Part shown: positions 53,521 to 63,442 of the stretch, in pieces
How the letters are laid out: each line of letters opens with the position of its first letter
Position numbering within the stretch: the stretch's first letter is position 1
Position numbers and translations under genes: made by a program
Assembly: GCA_041483195.1 (NCBI GenBank)
Contig: JBGPFC010000023.1
Coordinates: 1 to 64,000, forward strand
Reading direction: 5' to 3'
DNA length: 64,000 bases
Source: Candidatus Eiseniibacteriota bacterium
Lineage (GTDB): Bacteria > Eisenbacteria > RBG-16-71-46
Notes under the pieces: generated by a model
What the model saw: the letters and a program-made list of their open reading frames with translations, nothing else
What the model was told of the DNA's origin: nothing
Database searches by the model: none

Positions 53521-55317
53521 ATGGGCCTGGTCAGTCTCAACAACGTGCACCTCACATTCGCCGGGCCTCCCCTCCTGAACTCGGTGAGTCTCCAGATCGA
53601 CGACGGAGAGCGGCTCGGGCTGCTCGGCCGCAACGGCGCGGGAAAGTCCACGCTGCTCAAGTTGCTCGATGGCACGCTCGCTCCCGACTCTGGCGAGGTG
53701 GTCAGGCAGCCCGGGCTGCGCGTGGCGAGCCTGCAGCAGGAGGTGCCGCTCGAGCTCTCGGGCACGGTTCGCGCGTACCTGCACGAGGCCTGCGGCGCGA
53801 CCACGAGCGAGAAGGCCTGGGAGATCGAGACCCGCATCGATCAGGCCGCGCACGACCTGAGTTTCGATCTGGACGCCGCGCTCGAGGCGCTGTCCGCCGG
53901 ATCCAAGCGGCGGGTGCTGCTGGCCGCGGCGCTGGTGCGCGATCCGGACCTCCTGATCCTGGACGAGCCCACCAATCACCTCGACATCGATGCGATCCGT
54001 CACCTCGAGGAATCGCTGCAACGCCGGCGCGGCACGCTGGTGTTCGTCACGCACGATCGCAGCTTCCTGCGCACCCTCGCCACCCGGATCCTCGACCTGG
54101 ACCGCGGCGAGCTTCGCAGCTATCGCGCGGGGTACGACGCCTACCTCGAGCAGCGTGGGGAGGAGCTGCGGGCCGAGGCCGGGCGGGACGCGCTCTTCGA
54201 CAAGAAGCTGGCGCAGGAAGAGGCGTGGGTGCGCCGCGGGATCAAGGCGCGGCGCACGCGCAACGAGGGCCGGGTGCGGGCGCTCGAGTCGCTGCGCGCC
54301 GAACGCAGGGCGCGCCGCGAAGAAGTGGCGCGCGTGAAGGCGCAGCTCCAGGAGGCGGACCCGTCCGGCCGCGTGGTGCTGCGTTGCCGGGACGTGGAGT
54401 ACGCGTACGAAGGCGCGCCGATCGTTCGCGGGTTCACGACGACGGTCCTGCGCGGCGATCGCATCGGCATCCTGGGGCCCAACGGCTGCGGCAAGACCAC
54501 GCTCATCGGCCTGCTGCTCTCAGGCCTCGCGCCGCGGCGGGGCACGGTGGTCGCCGGCACCCGGCTCGAGGTCGCGCACTTCGAGCAGCTGCACGACGTG
54601 CTCGACGATACGAAGACGGTTGCCGGCAATCTCGGCGATGGCCGCGACGTGATCACCGTCAACGGCATCGAACGCCACGTCGTCGGCTATCTTCGCGACT
54701 TCCTGTTCACGCCCGAGCAGATGCAGGGCTCGGTCACGAGGCTGTCGGGCGGAGAGCGCAGGCGGCTCCAGCTCGCGAAGATCCTCTCGCGGCCATGCAA
54801 CCTGCTGGTGCTCGACGAGCCCACCAACGATCTCGACCTGGAAACGCTCGAGCTGCTCGAGGACCTGCTGCTGGAATTTCAGGGCACGCTGCTGGTCGTA
54901 TCGCACGACCGAACCTTCCTCGACAACGTCGTCACCTCGACGCTGGTGTTCGAAGGCGACGGCCGGTGGCGCGAGTACGTGGGTGGCTACGAGGACTGGC
55001 TGCGCCAGAGGCAGACCGCCGAGCCTCCGTCCGCCGCGAGCCCGGCCCGGCCGAAGCTGGAGCGGGCCGCGACGAGGCCGCGGCGCGCTTCGTTCAAGGA
55101 GAAGCGGGAGCTGGGCGATCTGCCCGGCAGGATCGAGGGCCTCGAGGCCGAGAAGCAGGGCCTCTACGCCCTGCTGGCATCGCCGAGCTTCTACGCGACC
55201 CGCGCCGATGAGGTCGCGCGCACCAGGCAGCGACTCGCGGCGATCGAAGCCGAGATTCACGCGGCCTACGCGCGATGGATGGAGTTGGAGCGGCTCGCCT
55301 CCGGCGACGAGGCATAG
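53521..55317 (+). CDS. uup: ABC-F ATPase, Uup-like
   Basis: Two ABC domains, 'QEEAWVRRGIKARRTRNEGRVRAL', 'LDEPTNDLD', C-terminal coiled coil ending 'YARWMELE'. Confidence 0.92.
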   Translation: MGLVSLNNVHLTFAGPPLLNSVSLQIDDGERLGLLGRNGAGKSTLLKLLDGTLAPDSGEVVRQPGLRVASLQQEVPLELSGTVRAYLHEACGATTSEKAWEIETRIDQAAHDLSFDLDAALEALSAGSKRRVLLAAALVRDPDLLILDEPTNHLDIDAIRHLEESLQRRRGTLVFVTHDRSFLRTLATRILDLDRGELRSYRAGYDAYLEQRGEELRAEAGRDALFDKKLAQEEAWVRRGIKARRTRNEGRVRALESLRAERRARREEVARVKAQLQEADPSGRVVLRCRDVEYAYEGAPIVRGFTTTVLRGDRIGILGPNGCGKTTLIGLLLSGLAPRRGTVVAGTRLEVAHFEQLHDVLDDTKTVAGNLGDGRDVITVNGIERHVVGYLRDFLFTPEQMQGSVTRLSGGERRRLQLAKILSRPCNLLVLDEPTNDLDLETLELLEDLLLEFQGTLLVVSHDRTFLDNVVTSTLVFEGDGRWREYVGGYEDWLRQRQTAEPPSAASPARPKLERAATRPRRASFKEKRELGDLPGRIEGLEAEKQGLYALLASPSFYATRADEVARTRQRLAAIEAEIHAAYARWMELERLASGDEA

Positions 55318-55423
55318 GCCCGAGATCGCCCGGCCCCGGAGTAGGCCGGGACCCGCCGCGTGTCGTACACTTCTCGGGTTCCCAGCATCCACTCACCCGC
55401 TTCACAAACCCGAAGGGCGGGTC

Positions 55424-58195
55424 ATGCGCTTTCCCCGGTCGCTCCTCACCCTGGCCGTCGCGCTCGCGGCGGCCGTCGCGCTTCAGCCGTCTCCGGCCCG
55501 TTCGGCCGTGTTCATCTCCGAGATCTGCGATCCGTTCCTCAACTACCCGACCGATCGCTTCATCGAGGTCTACAACTCCGGCCCCGACACCGTGTCGCTG
55601 GTCAACTGGGCGCTGACCGCGATCGCGAACAACGCCGATGTCCTCCCTCCCACCTGGACGCTTTCGGGAATCATCCTCCCGGGGCAGGCGCTGGTGGCCG
55701 GCAATTCCACAACCGTAACCGGCTTCACGGTCGATTTTCCGAACGCCCTCTGGTTCTCAAGCAACGGAAACTGGAACGGGAAGGTGGGCGACGGCGCCAA
55801 GCTGATCAATCCGGATGGGATCGTGGTGGACCGCGTCGTGGTCACAGGCGTCGGCGCCTCGACCTTCGAGAACGCGGACTACGTGCGCAATCCCAACATC
55901 TACTCGCCCAACGCGACCTACACCCAGTCCGAGTGGACCACGACGCCCAGGACGCTCGCCACCGATGCGAGCCCGGGCACGCATTACACCGCGCCGCGTC
56001 CGCCCGGGCCGATCATCACCGCGATCGTGACCGATCCGGCGTTTCCGCTCGCGGGAACCGCCACCGACGTGGACGTGAGCGTCACCGACACCACCGCGGC
56101 CGTCACATCGGTCACGCTCACGTGGGGAACCGCCTCGGGCTCGCTCACGCACTCGATCCCGATGCCGCTGCTCTCCGGCAGCACCTACCGCACCAGCGCC
56201 GCGATCCCCGCGCAATCGGCGGGCGTCACGATCTACTTCAAGGTGCAGGCCGCCGACGCGGCGGCCGGCGTCTCGACCACCGACCTGCAGAGCTACGCGC
56301 TGTTCTACAACCTGACGATCGCGCAGATCCAGGGCTCGGCGTCATCGTCGCCGTACAGCGGCAGCAGCGTCATCACCGGCGGCGTCGTGACCGCGCGCTT
56401 CGGAACCTACTTCGCGGTGCAGGATGGCGCGGGCGCATGGAACGGGTTGTGGGTGCGCAGCACCGCGACCCCGGCGGTGGGCGACCAGGTGACGGTGCGT
56501 GGCACGGTGACCGAGAGCGACGCGCAGGGTTACGCGGGCAACACGCTGCTGGCCAACGGCACCCTCATGGGCAGCGCCGCGGGCGTGGTGCCGGCCGCGG
56601 TCGTGGTGGCGAGCGGCAGCGCGCTGTCGGAGGCGTACGAGGGCGTGCTCGTCAAGCTCGCGAGCGCGGTGTGCACCAACGCCACGCTCGGCGCCGGGCA
56701 GTGGAACGCGAACGACGGCAGCGGCACGACGCTCGTCGATGCGCTCGGCTACGCCGCCGCGCCGACGCTCGGCACCACCTACGACATCACCGGCCCGGTC
56801 ACCTACTTCGGCGGCGGTTACAAGCTGGAGCCGAGATCCGCGGGCGACGTCGCATGGGTCGCGGACCTGGCCGCCCCGAGCGTGATGGCGATCGGCGAGA
56901 TGAGCGACTCGACGTTCCTCGTCCAGTTCTCCGAGGAGGTCGAGCAGTCGAGCTCCGAGGTCGGCGGCCACTACTCGATCGGCGGCTCGAGCGGCACCGC
57001 CGCGGTCCGCGATCCGAGCGTGCCGAGCAACGTGCTGGTCACGATCCCGAACGTGGCGGCGGGGCCGCGCACGCTCTCGATCACCGGCGTGCAGGATCTC
57101 TACGCGAACGGCACCGCCGCGGCGCTCGGGTCGTTCACCTACATCGACACGCGCATTCCGGCCGGCTACTACAACGGAACGACCGGGCTCAGCGGCGCGG
57201 CGCTGCGGGCCGCGCTCCACAACATCATCAAGAACCACACGGTCAAGAGCTACGACTACGCGTACACCGCCTTCCAGACCAGCGACGTGCGCCCCGACGG
57301 CAAGGTGTGGGACGTGTACTCCGACATTCCGGGAGGCACGCCGCCCTACCTTTACTCGTTCGGGCAGACCGTCGGCTCGGGCAATGGAGAGGGCGCCGGG
57401 TACAATCGCGAGCACTCGTGGCCGCAGGCGTGGTTCGGCAGCGCATCCCCGATGTACTCGGACATCTGGCTCCTCTACCCCACCGACGCCAAGGTGAACG
57501 GCTACCGCGGCAACCTGCCCTATGGGGTCGTCGGCGTCCCGACCCTCACATCGCTCAACGGAACGCGGGTGGGACCGAGCGCGGATCCCGACTACGTGGG
57601 CACCGTGTTCGAGCCGATCGATCCCTACAAGGGCGACCTCGCGCGCAGCACCTGCTACGTCTCGACGCGCTATCAGGGCGAGGACGGCGGCTGGCCGGGC
57701 AGCCCGGCCGCGAGCGGCGCGGACTTGCTGCCGTGGGCGGCGCATCTCTACACGGAGTGGTCGCTGGCCGATCCCGTGAGCCAGAAGGAGCGCCTGCGCA
57801 ACGGCGCGATCTACGTGATCCAGGGCAACCGCAATCCGTTCGTCGACCATCCCGAGTGGGTGGCGCAGATCTTCGATTCATCGCTGGTCACGGCGGTCGG
57901 CGATGCGCCGGTCGCTGGATTCGCGCTGCATCAGACCGCGCCCAATCCGTTCCGCTCGTTCGCGGTCATCCGCTTCGACCTGCCGGGCCGGGACCGCGTG
58001 AGCCTGCGGATCTTCGACGTCGCGGGCCGGCGCGTGCGGACGCTGGCGGGCGGGAGCCTCATGGACGCGGGCCGCCACGAAGCCACGTGGGACGGGCGCG
58101 GCGAAACCGGGGCGCTGGTGAGCGGAGGGCTTTACTTCTACCGCCTCGACGCCGGGCCGCTCAGCCAGACCCGCAGGATGGTGTTCCTCCGATGA
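55424..58195 (+). CDS. Secreted endonuclease I family nuclease with lamin-tail, OB-fold and T9SS-like CTD
   Basis: Signal peptide; LTD 'VFISEI...FIEVYN'; 'TIAQIQG...GVVTA' OB fold; nuclease 'NREHSWPQ', 'KGDLAR', 'QGNRNPFVDHP'; tail 'APNPF...WDGR...GLYFYRL'. Confidence 0.88.
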   Translation: MRFPRSLLTLAVALAAAVALQPSPARSAVFISEICDPFLNYPTDRFIEVYNSGPDTVSLVNWALTAIANNADVLPPTWTLSGIILPGQALVAGNSTTVTGFTVDFPNALWFSSNGNWNGKVGDGAKLINPDGIVVDRVVVTGVGASTFENADYVRNPNIYSPNATYTQSEWTTTPRTLATDASPGTHYTAPRPPGPIITAIVTDPAFPLAGTATDVDVSVTDTTAAVTSVTLTWGTASGSLTHSIPMPLLSGSTYRTSAAIPAQSAGVTIYFKVQAADAAAGVSTTDLQSYALFYNLTIAQIQGSASSSPYSGSSVITGGVVTARFGTYFAVQDGAGAWNGLWVRSTATPAVGDQVTVRGTVTESDAQGYAGNTLLANGTLMGSAAGVVPAAVVVASGSALSEAYEGVLVKLASAVCTNATLGAGQWNANDGSGTTLVDALGYAAAPTLGTTYDITGPVTYFGGGYKLEPRSAGDVAWVADLAAPSVMAIGEMSDSTFLVQFSEEVEQSSSEVGGHYSIGGSSGTAAVRDPSVPSNVLVTIPNVAAGPRTLSITGVQDLYANGTAAALGSFTYIDTRIPAGYYNGTTGLSGAALRAALHNIIKNHTVKSYDYAYTAFQTSDVRPDGKVWDVYSDIPGGTPPYLYSFGQTVGSGNGEGAGYNREHSWPQAWFGSASPMYSDIWLLYPTDAKVNGYRGNLPYGVVGVPTLTSLNGTRVGPSADPDYVGTVFEPIDPYKGDLARSTCYVSTRYQGEDGGWPGSPAASGADLLPWAAHLYTEWSLADPVSQKERLRNGAIYVIQGNRNPFVDHPEWVAQIFDSSLVTAVGDAPVAGFALHQTAPNPFRSFAVIRFDLPGRDRVSLRIFDVAGRRVRTLAGGSLMDAGRHEATWDGRGETGALVSGGLYFYRLDAGPLSQTRRMVFLR

Positions 58196-58241
58196 GGATC
58201 GCGCGCACGGTGCGGCGAGGCCGCCCGGGAATCGCGCGCCT

Positions 58242-58799
58242 TCAGCGCACGTATCTTGCCGCCTCCGTGATCCACTTGAGCGTCGCGTCGGCGTCGCCGA
58301 AGCCCTCGGCCTTCACGCTCCGGCCGGTGGCCGGCGAGAACACGATCAGCGTCGGAAACGCGCGAACCTGGTAGCGCCGCTGGAGATTGTCGATCTCGGG
58401 CGGGTTGTTCCCGTCCTCGCGCCTCCGGTCCACGATCGAGACCGGGATCACCGCGGTCTGCACGGCCTGTCCACGCGCGCGGTCCTCGAACAACCGGCGC
58501 TTCAGGGCCTGGCACGGCCCGCACCAGTCGGCGCTGAAGTCGATGAGCACCGGCTTGCCGTTGCGCCCCGACTCCGCCACCGCGTTGTCGAGCGTCGTCC
58601 AATCCGAGACCACGCCGAGTGGCGAGGACGCCTCCGCGGGGCCCGTGGCCCCGCCGTGCCATGCCGCGGGCTCCGTCGCTCGCCGCTCCGGGCTCGGCAC
58701 CTGACCCACCAGCCATCCGATCCCGAGTGCGACGGGAAGCAGCAACAGACTCCACCACGGCGATCGCCAGGGATTGCCACGCGACGGTGCGTTGGACAT
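58242..58799 (-). CDS. Membrane-anchored thioredoxin-family protein
   Basis: N-terminal hydrophobic anchor; 'KPVLIDFSADWCGPC'; cis-Pro 'AFPTL'. Confidence 0.85.
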   Translation of the reverse strand: MSNAPSRGNPWRSPWWSLLLLPVALGIGWLVGQVPSPERRATEPAAWHGGATGPAEASSPLGVVSDWTTLDNAVAESGRNGKPVLIDFSADWCGPCQALKRRLFEDRARGQAVQTAVIPVSIVDRRREDGNNPPEIDNLQRRYQVRAFPTLIVFSPATGRSVKAEGFGDADATLKWITEAARYVR

Positions 58800-58855
58800 G
58801 GGCGGGTTATCGGCCGCGGGGGGGTCCAAGCCACAGCCCGGCTTTTCGGGGCGCG

Positions 58856-60433
58856 CTACCAGTCGGTCGGCCGGAAATCCTTCAGGAAGCTCCCCCACAC
58901 GTGCTCGCCGGTGTTGATGCCGGCGATGATGGGGTCGAGGATGCGCGCGGCGCCGTCCACGATGTCGAGCGGCGGATGGAAGCGGTGCTCGATGGTCTTG
59001 CGCGCCGCGATCTCGGCGGGGTCCTCGTCGGTCACCCATCCGGTGTCGATGCTGTTCATGTGAATGCCGTCGTGGTGGTAATCGGTGGCCGCGGTGCGCG
59101 TCATCATGTTGAGCGCGGCCTTCGCCATGTTGGTGTGCGGATGCCGCGTGGTCTTGGTCCTGCGGTAGAACTGGCCCTCGACCGCCGAGACGTTGACGAT
59201 GTGCTTGTCGCGATTCGGCGTGCGCATCATCAACGGCTTGAGCCGCGCGTTGATGACGAACGGCGCGATCGCGTTCACCAGCTGCACCTCGAGCAGCTCC
59301 ACGGTCGGCACTTCCGCCATCAGCAGCCGCCACGAGTTTCGCCCGCGCAGGTCGATCTGCTGCAGGTCCTGGTCGAGCCGCCCCTCCGGGAACAGGTCCT
59401 TCTGCGCGACCCGTTCGTCGGGAAGCAGGCGCACCTGCGACAGCTCGGCCGCGTGCGTGAGCCCCGCGACCTCCGAGATCTGGCGGCCGATCGTCGCGGG
59501 CAGCGTGGTCGCGGCGTCGCCCTCGGGCAGCAGGTGGTAGCCGCGCAGCCCCTCGTAGGTCCCCAGCAGCTTGCGCACGCGTTCCGGCGCATCGTGCAGC
59601 GCCGCGGTCTCGCCCGCCATCATGTGCTCGTAGAAGTCGGGCGGACGGCGCACCGTCTGACACGCGTTGTTGACGATGAAGTCCAGTCGCTCGCGCGTGG
59701 CGAGCAGCTCGCGGCAGAAGGCCTCGACGCTCGGCGTGTGGCGCAGGTCGAGGCCGAAGATCTCGAGGCGATCGCCCCACTCCGCGAAGTCCGGCTCCTT
59801 CGCGTAGCGCGCCGCCGAGTCGCGCGGGAAGCGCGTGGTGACGATCAGCTGCGCGCCCGAGCGCAGCAGCTTGAGGCCGGCCTGATAGCCGATCTTCACG
59901 CGTCCGCCGGTGAGCAACGCCACCCGGCCGCGCAGATCCGCCAGTTCGGTGCGCTTGAAGAAATTCAACTCCGCGCACGGCGGACAGAGCTGGTCGTAGA
60001 AGTGGTGAACGGTCGAGTAGTCCTGCTTGCACACGTAGCAGTGCAGCGGATCGAGCGACTCGCGATGGTCGGGATCGTCCTCGATCTCGCGTTGCGTGAA
60101 GTGGGCGGGCGGGAACACGTTCGGCGTATTGAACACCGGCTGCCGGCGCAGCGTGCGAATGCCGGTGCCCGCGAGCTTCTGCTCGTCACGGTTCACGCGG
60201 GCCGCCTTACGCAGGCGGCTGGTGGCCTTGATCATCCGCCGGCGCGCCGCGTTGTCGGGGCGGTACACCGCCCCGGCGGCGATGATCAGGCGCTTGCGCT
60301 CTTCGGCGGACAGGCGTGCGAGCAGGCCCCGGTCGGCGATGATTCCTTCGAGCAGTTCGGTCGCGGCGCGCAGGCGCTCGATGAGCGCGCCGCCCGCGTG
60401 CACTTCGGTCGCTGCGTCCTGGGGGGTCGGCAT
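58856..60433 (-). CDS. SDR-family oxidoreductase with N-terminal extension and Cys4 motif
   Basis: 'ALLTGGRVKIG', 'NNA', 'IVNVS', 'HTNMAKAAL'; upstream CYVC...CPPC. Confidence 0.85.
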   Translation of the reverse strand: MPTPQDAATEVHAGGALIERLRAATELLEGIIADRGLLARLSAEERKRLIIAAGAVYRPDNAARRRMIKATSRLRKAARVNRDEQKLAGTGIRTLRRQPVFNTPNVFPPAHFTQREIEDDPDHRESLDPLHCYVCKQDYSTVHHFYDQLCPPCAELNFFKRTELADLRGRVALLTGGRVKIGYQAGLKLLRSGAQLIVTTRFPRDSAARYAKEPDFAEWGDRLEIFGLDLRHTPSVEAFCRELLATRERLDFIVNNACQTVRRPPDFYEHMMAGETAALHDAPERVRKLLGTYEGLRGYHLLPEGDAATTLPATIGRQISEVAGLTHAAELSQVRLLPDERVAQKDLFPEGRLDQDLQQIDLRGRNSWRLLMAEVPTVELLEVQLVNAIAPFVINARLKPLMMRTPNRDKHIVNVSAVEGQFYRRTKTTRHPHTNMAKAALNMMTRTAATDYHHDGIHMNSIDTGWVTDEDPAEIAARKTIEHRFHPPLDIVDGAARILDPIIAGINTGEHVWGSFLKDFRPTDW

Positions 60434-60495
60434 GATGCGGAGCGTAAACGAGGATCGGGCCGCTTCCAAGCGGGCGCCAAGGCCCGCGCTCGCCC

Positions 60496-61830
60496 CTACC
60501 TCCGCAGCGGATGCGTCTCCCTCGCCATCGTCCCGGTCTGCAGCACCTCTTCGATCTTGTAGACGCCGAGCTTGCGGTTCTTGATGAAGCCGCTGAACGC
60601 CTTCTCGGCGAACACGCCGTCCTTCAGCATGTCGGTCAGCCATTCCAGGGCGAGCCGGGGCGTGTATTGCGGCACCGCGCAGCCCTTGTCGCTAAGCCAG
60701 CGCATGTTCTTGCCCTCCTGCGAGCCGAGTGGCGGCGCCATCACGATCGGGATGCCGAGGCCCGAGTAGAACGACAGCTCGCTCGGCTTGGTCCACAGGA
60801 TGTCGGTCTCGCGCATCAGCGCGTTGAACCGATCGAAGTAAGCGGTCTTGTTGTCCTCGCGCACGATCACGAGCCCATCGCCGACCGCGGACTCGAGGCC
60901 GATCGTGCTCGCGAAGTCGCGGAACACCTTCTCGACCAGCCGATTGACTCCCGCCACCAGCACCAGCCGGAAGCGGCGATCCAGGATGCCGGGCTTGAGA
61001 GCCTGCGCCAGCATCAACGCGATCTCGGTCTGCGCTCCGGCCCCTCCCACCGCGAAGACGACCGTCACCCGCGCCTTCCCGCCCGAGGGCTGCGGCCTCG
61101 CGCCCAGCAGCTCATGCACGGTCGAGCCGTACACCGACAGGAATCTGCCGTCGGGATCGAGGCGCCCCAGCCGTTGGAGCAAGTCCGTCTTGAGAATCTC
61201 CATCCTCGGGCCGCCGATGTTCTCGCGCGGCAGGGTGAAGCCGGTGATGAAGATGTGATCGTCGGGGACTCCGTACTGTCGCAGGCGCCGCATGACCCGC
61301 CCGCACGGAGCGAAGTAGCGGATCCGGCTCTCCTTCGCCTTCGAGGCCACCCAGACGCGATTCAGATCCGCGTCGCAGATGACGCAGTAGTTCGCCTCGA
61401 GGTGGGCGTAGTCCGCCGCGAGCGCCGGGGCGTAGAAGGTCGAGATCATCGGAAGCTGGCGGGCGCGCAGCCGGGCCAGCAATGATTTCCCGAGACCCTG
61501 CCGGATCAGGTGGTCCACGATGTAGTTGTTGGGCGATGGATACGAGAGGTCCCGCAACGGATAGAACGGCGGGATGCGCAGGAAACTGTCCAGCGCGCCG
61601 AACACCGCGCCCCCGATGACCGGAATCGACTTGGCGCGCGAGAGCACCTCGTATGACCAGGTCAACCGGTGCCAGAACTGGACTTCATCCTCGGCCGTGA
61701 CGTCCGCGCTGCCGGCCGTGAGGATTCCGCCCTCCGCGAGGTACGAAAGCGGATGCGCGGCGCGCTGATGGCCGAACCCCATGTCGGCGGTCACGACCCA
61801 TGCGCGAAGGCTCTCGATGGCGGTGCTCAT
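60496..61830 (-). CDS. GT-B fold protein, UgtP/MGDG-synthase-like
   Basis: 'DMGFGHQRAA', 'VGGAG', 'DILWTKPSEL', 'PLGSQE..N'. Confidence 0.6.
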   Translation of the reverse strand: MSTAIESLRAWVVTADMGFGHQRAAHPLSYLAEGGILTAGSADVTAEDEVQFWHRLTWSYEVLSRAKSIPVIGGAVFGALDSFLRIPPFYPLRDLSYPSPNNYIVDHLIRQGLGKSLLARLRARQLPMISTFYAPALAADYAHLEANYCVICDADLNRVWVASKAKESRIRYFAPCGRVMRRLRQYGVPDDHIFITGFTLPRENIGGPRMEILKTDLLQRLGRLDPDGRFLSVYGSTVHELLGARPQPSGGKARVTVVFAVGGAGAQTEIALMLAQALKPGILDRRFRLVLVAGVNRLVEKVFRDFASTIGLESAVGDGLVIVREDNKTAYFDRFNALMRETDILWTKPSELSFYSGLGIPIVMAPPLGSQEGKNMRWLSDKGCAVPQYTPRLALEWLTDMLKDGVFAEKAFSGFIKNRKLGVYKIEEVLQTGTMARETHPLRR

Positions 61831-62021
61831 GACGCGGTCTCGGGTGGGCGGCGGTCGTCCGCGGAGCCGCGGGCGGGTCTCCTGGAGCATTCCTGATGCG
61901 GCGCGAGGTGGGCCAAGCGTTCCACGATTATCGACAGAGCGACGAGCAATGTAAACCCGGGGAGGGTCCCGCCCCCCAATGGCCACTTTTCGCCGGGCGG
62001 GATCTCCCCTAACATGCCGGC

Positions 62022-63386
62022 ATGACCCAGATCGATACGAACACCTCGCCCTATCTGTCCTCGGCTTTCGCCAACGACCGCGCTCACGTCTTCCACTCCT
62101 GGTCAGCCCAGGGCGCTCTCAACCCGACCGTGATCGCGGGCGCCAAGGGCTCACGCATGTGGGACGACAAAGGAAACAGCTGGCTCGACTTCTCGAGCCA
62201 GCTGGTCAACGTCAACATCGGCCACCAGCATCCCAAGCTGGTCGCGGCGATCCAGGAGCAGGCCGGGCGGATGTGCACGATCGCGCCCTTCCACGCCAAC
62301 GCCGCCCGCGGCGAGGCCGCGCGGCTGATCACCGAGCTGGCGCCGGGCGATCTCGACATGGTGTTCTTCACCAACGGCGGCACCGAGGCGGTCGAGAACG
62401 CGGTGCGGCTGGCGCGCGGCCACACCGGCCGGCACAAGGTGCTCTCGGCCTACCGCAGCTACCACGGCGCGACCGGCACCTCGATCCAGCTGACCGGCGA
62501 CCCGCGCCGCTGGGGCAACGAGCCCGGCCCCGCGGGCGTGGTCAAGTTCTGGGGGCCCTACCTCTATCGCTCCGCCTTCCACGCCACCACGCCCGCCGAA
62601 GAGTGCGAACGCGCGCTGGAGCATCTGTCGGACGTGCTGATGATGGAAGGTCCTCACACCGTGGCCGCGATCATCCTCGAGACCGTGGTCGGCACCAACG
62701 GCATCCTGGTTCCGCCCGACGGCTACCTCGCCGGAGTGCGGGCGCTCTGCGACAAGCACGGCATCGCGATGATCTGCGACGAGGTGATGGCCGGCTTCGG
62801 TCGCTGCGGCGAGTGGTTCGCGGTGGATCGCTGGAAGGTCACGCCCGACCTGATCACCTTCGCGAAGGGCTCCAATTCGGGCTACATCCCGGTGGGCGGC
62901 GTGATCATCAGCCGCAAGATCGCCGACTCGTACAAGGATCGTGTCTTCCCGGGCGGCCTCACCTACTCGGGCCATCCGCTCGCGTGCGCATCGATCGTGG
63001 CGAGCATCGGCATCTTCAAGGAAGAGAAGATCGTCGAGAACGCGCGCCGGCTCGGCGCCGACGTGATCGGGCCAGAGCTCGCGAAGATCGCCGCGAAGCA
63101 TCCGAGCGTCGGCGAGGTGCGCGGCCTCGGCGTGTTCTGGGCGATCGAGCTGGTGCGGAATCGCAAGACGCGCCAGCCGCTCGTGCCGTTCAACGCGAGC
63201 GGCGCAGACGCCAAGCCGATGGCGGAGCTGATGGGCGCGTGCAAGGCAGGCGGCGTGTGGCCGTTCGCGCACTTCAACCGGCTGCAGGTGACGCCGCCCT
63301 GCACCACCACGCCCGATGAAGCACGCGAAGGGCTGGCGGCGATCGACAAGGCGCTCGAGGTGGCGGACAAGCACTACGAGGGCTGA
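62022..63386 (+). CDS. Class III aminotransferase (omega-amino acid/taurine-pyruvate-like)
   Basis: 'FFTNGGTEA', 'SYHGAT', 'DEVMAGFGR', 'TFAKG', 'TYSGHP'. Confidence 0.9.
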   Translation: MTQIDTNTSPYLSSAFANDRAHVFHSWSAQGALNPTVIAGAKGSRMWDDKGNSWLDFSSQLVNVNIGHQHPKLVAAIQEQAGRMCTIAPFHANAARGEAARLITELAPGDLDMVFFTNGGTEAVENAVRLARGHTGRHKVLSAYRSYHGATGTSIQLTGDPRRWGNEPGPAGVVKFWGPYLYRSAFHATTPAEECERALEHLSDVLMMEGPHTVAAIILETVVGTNGILVPPDGYLAGVRALCDKHGIAMICDEVMAGFGRCGEWFAVDRWKVTPDLITFAKGSNSGYIPVGGVIISRKIADSYKDRVFPGGLTYSGHPLACASIVASIGIFKEEKIVENARRLGADVIGPELAKIAAKHPSVGEVRGLGVFWAIELVRNRKTRQPLVPFNASGADAKPMAELMGACKAGGVWPFAHFNRLQVTPPCTTTPDEAREGLAAIDKALEVADKHYEG

Positions 63387-63391
63387 AAACA

Positions 63392-63427
63392 ATCGCCCGG
63401 CGTCGGAGATCACCGGCGCCGGGCGAT
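63392..63427. terminator. Hairpin between convergent genes
   Basis: ATCGCCCGGCGTCGG / CCGGCGCCGGGCGAT, a 15-bp stem with one G.U pair. Confidence 0.65.
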
Positions 63428-63442
63428 ACCGTTAGACCGCGA

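Noticed and set aside
53880..53915. Uup first ABC signature LSAGS instead of LSGG
   Set aside because: Single conservative deviation with the other motifs intact; not enough to claim altered function.
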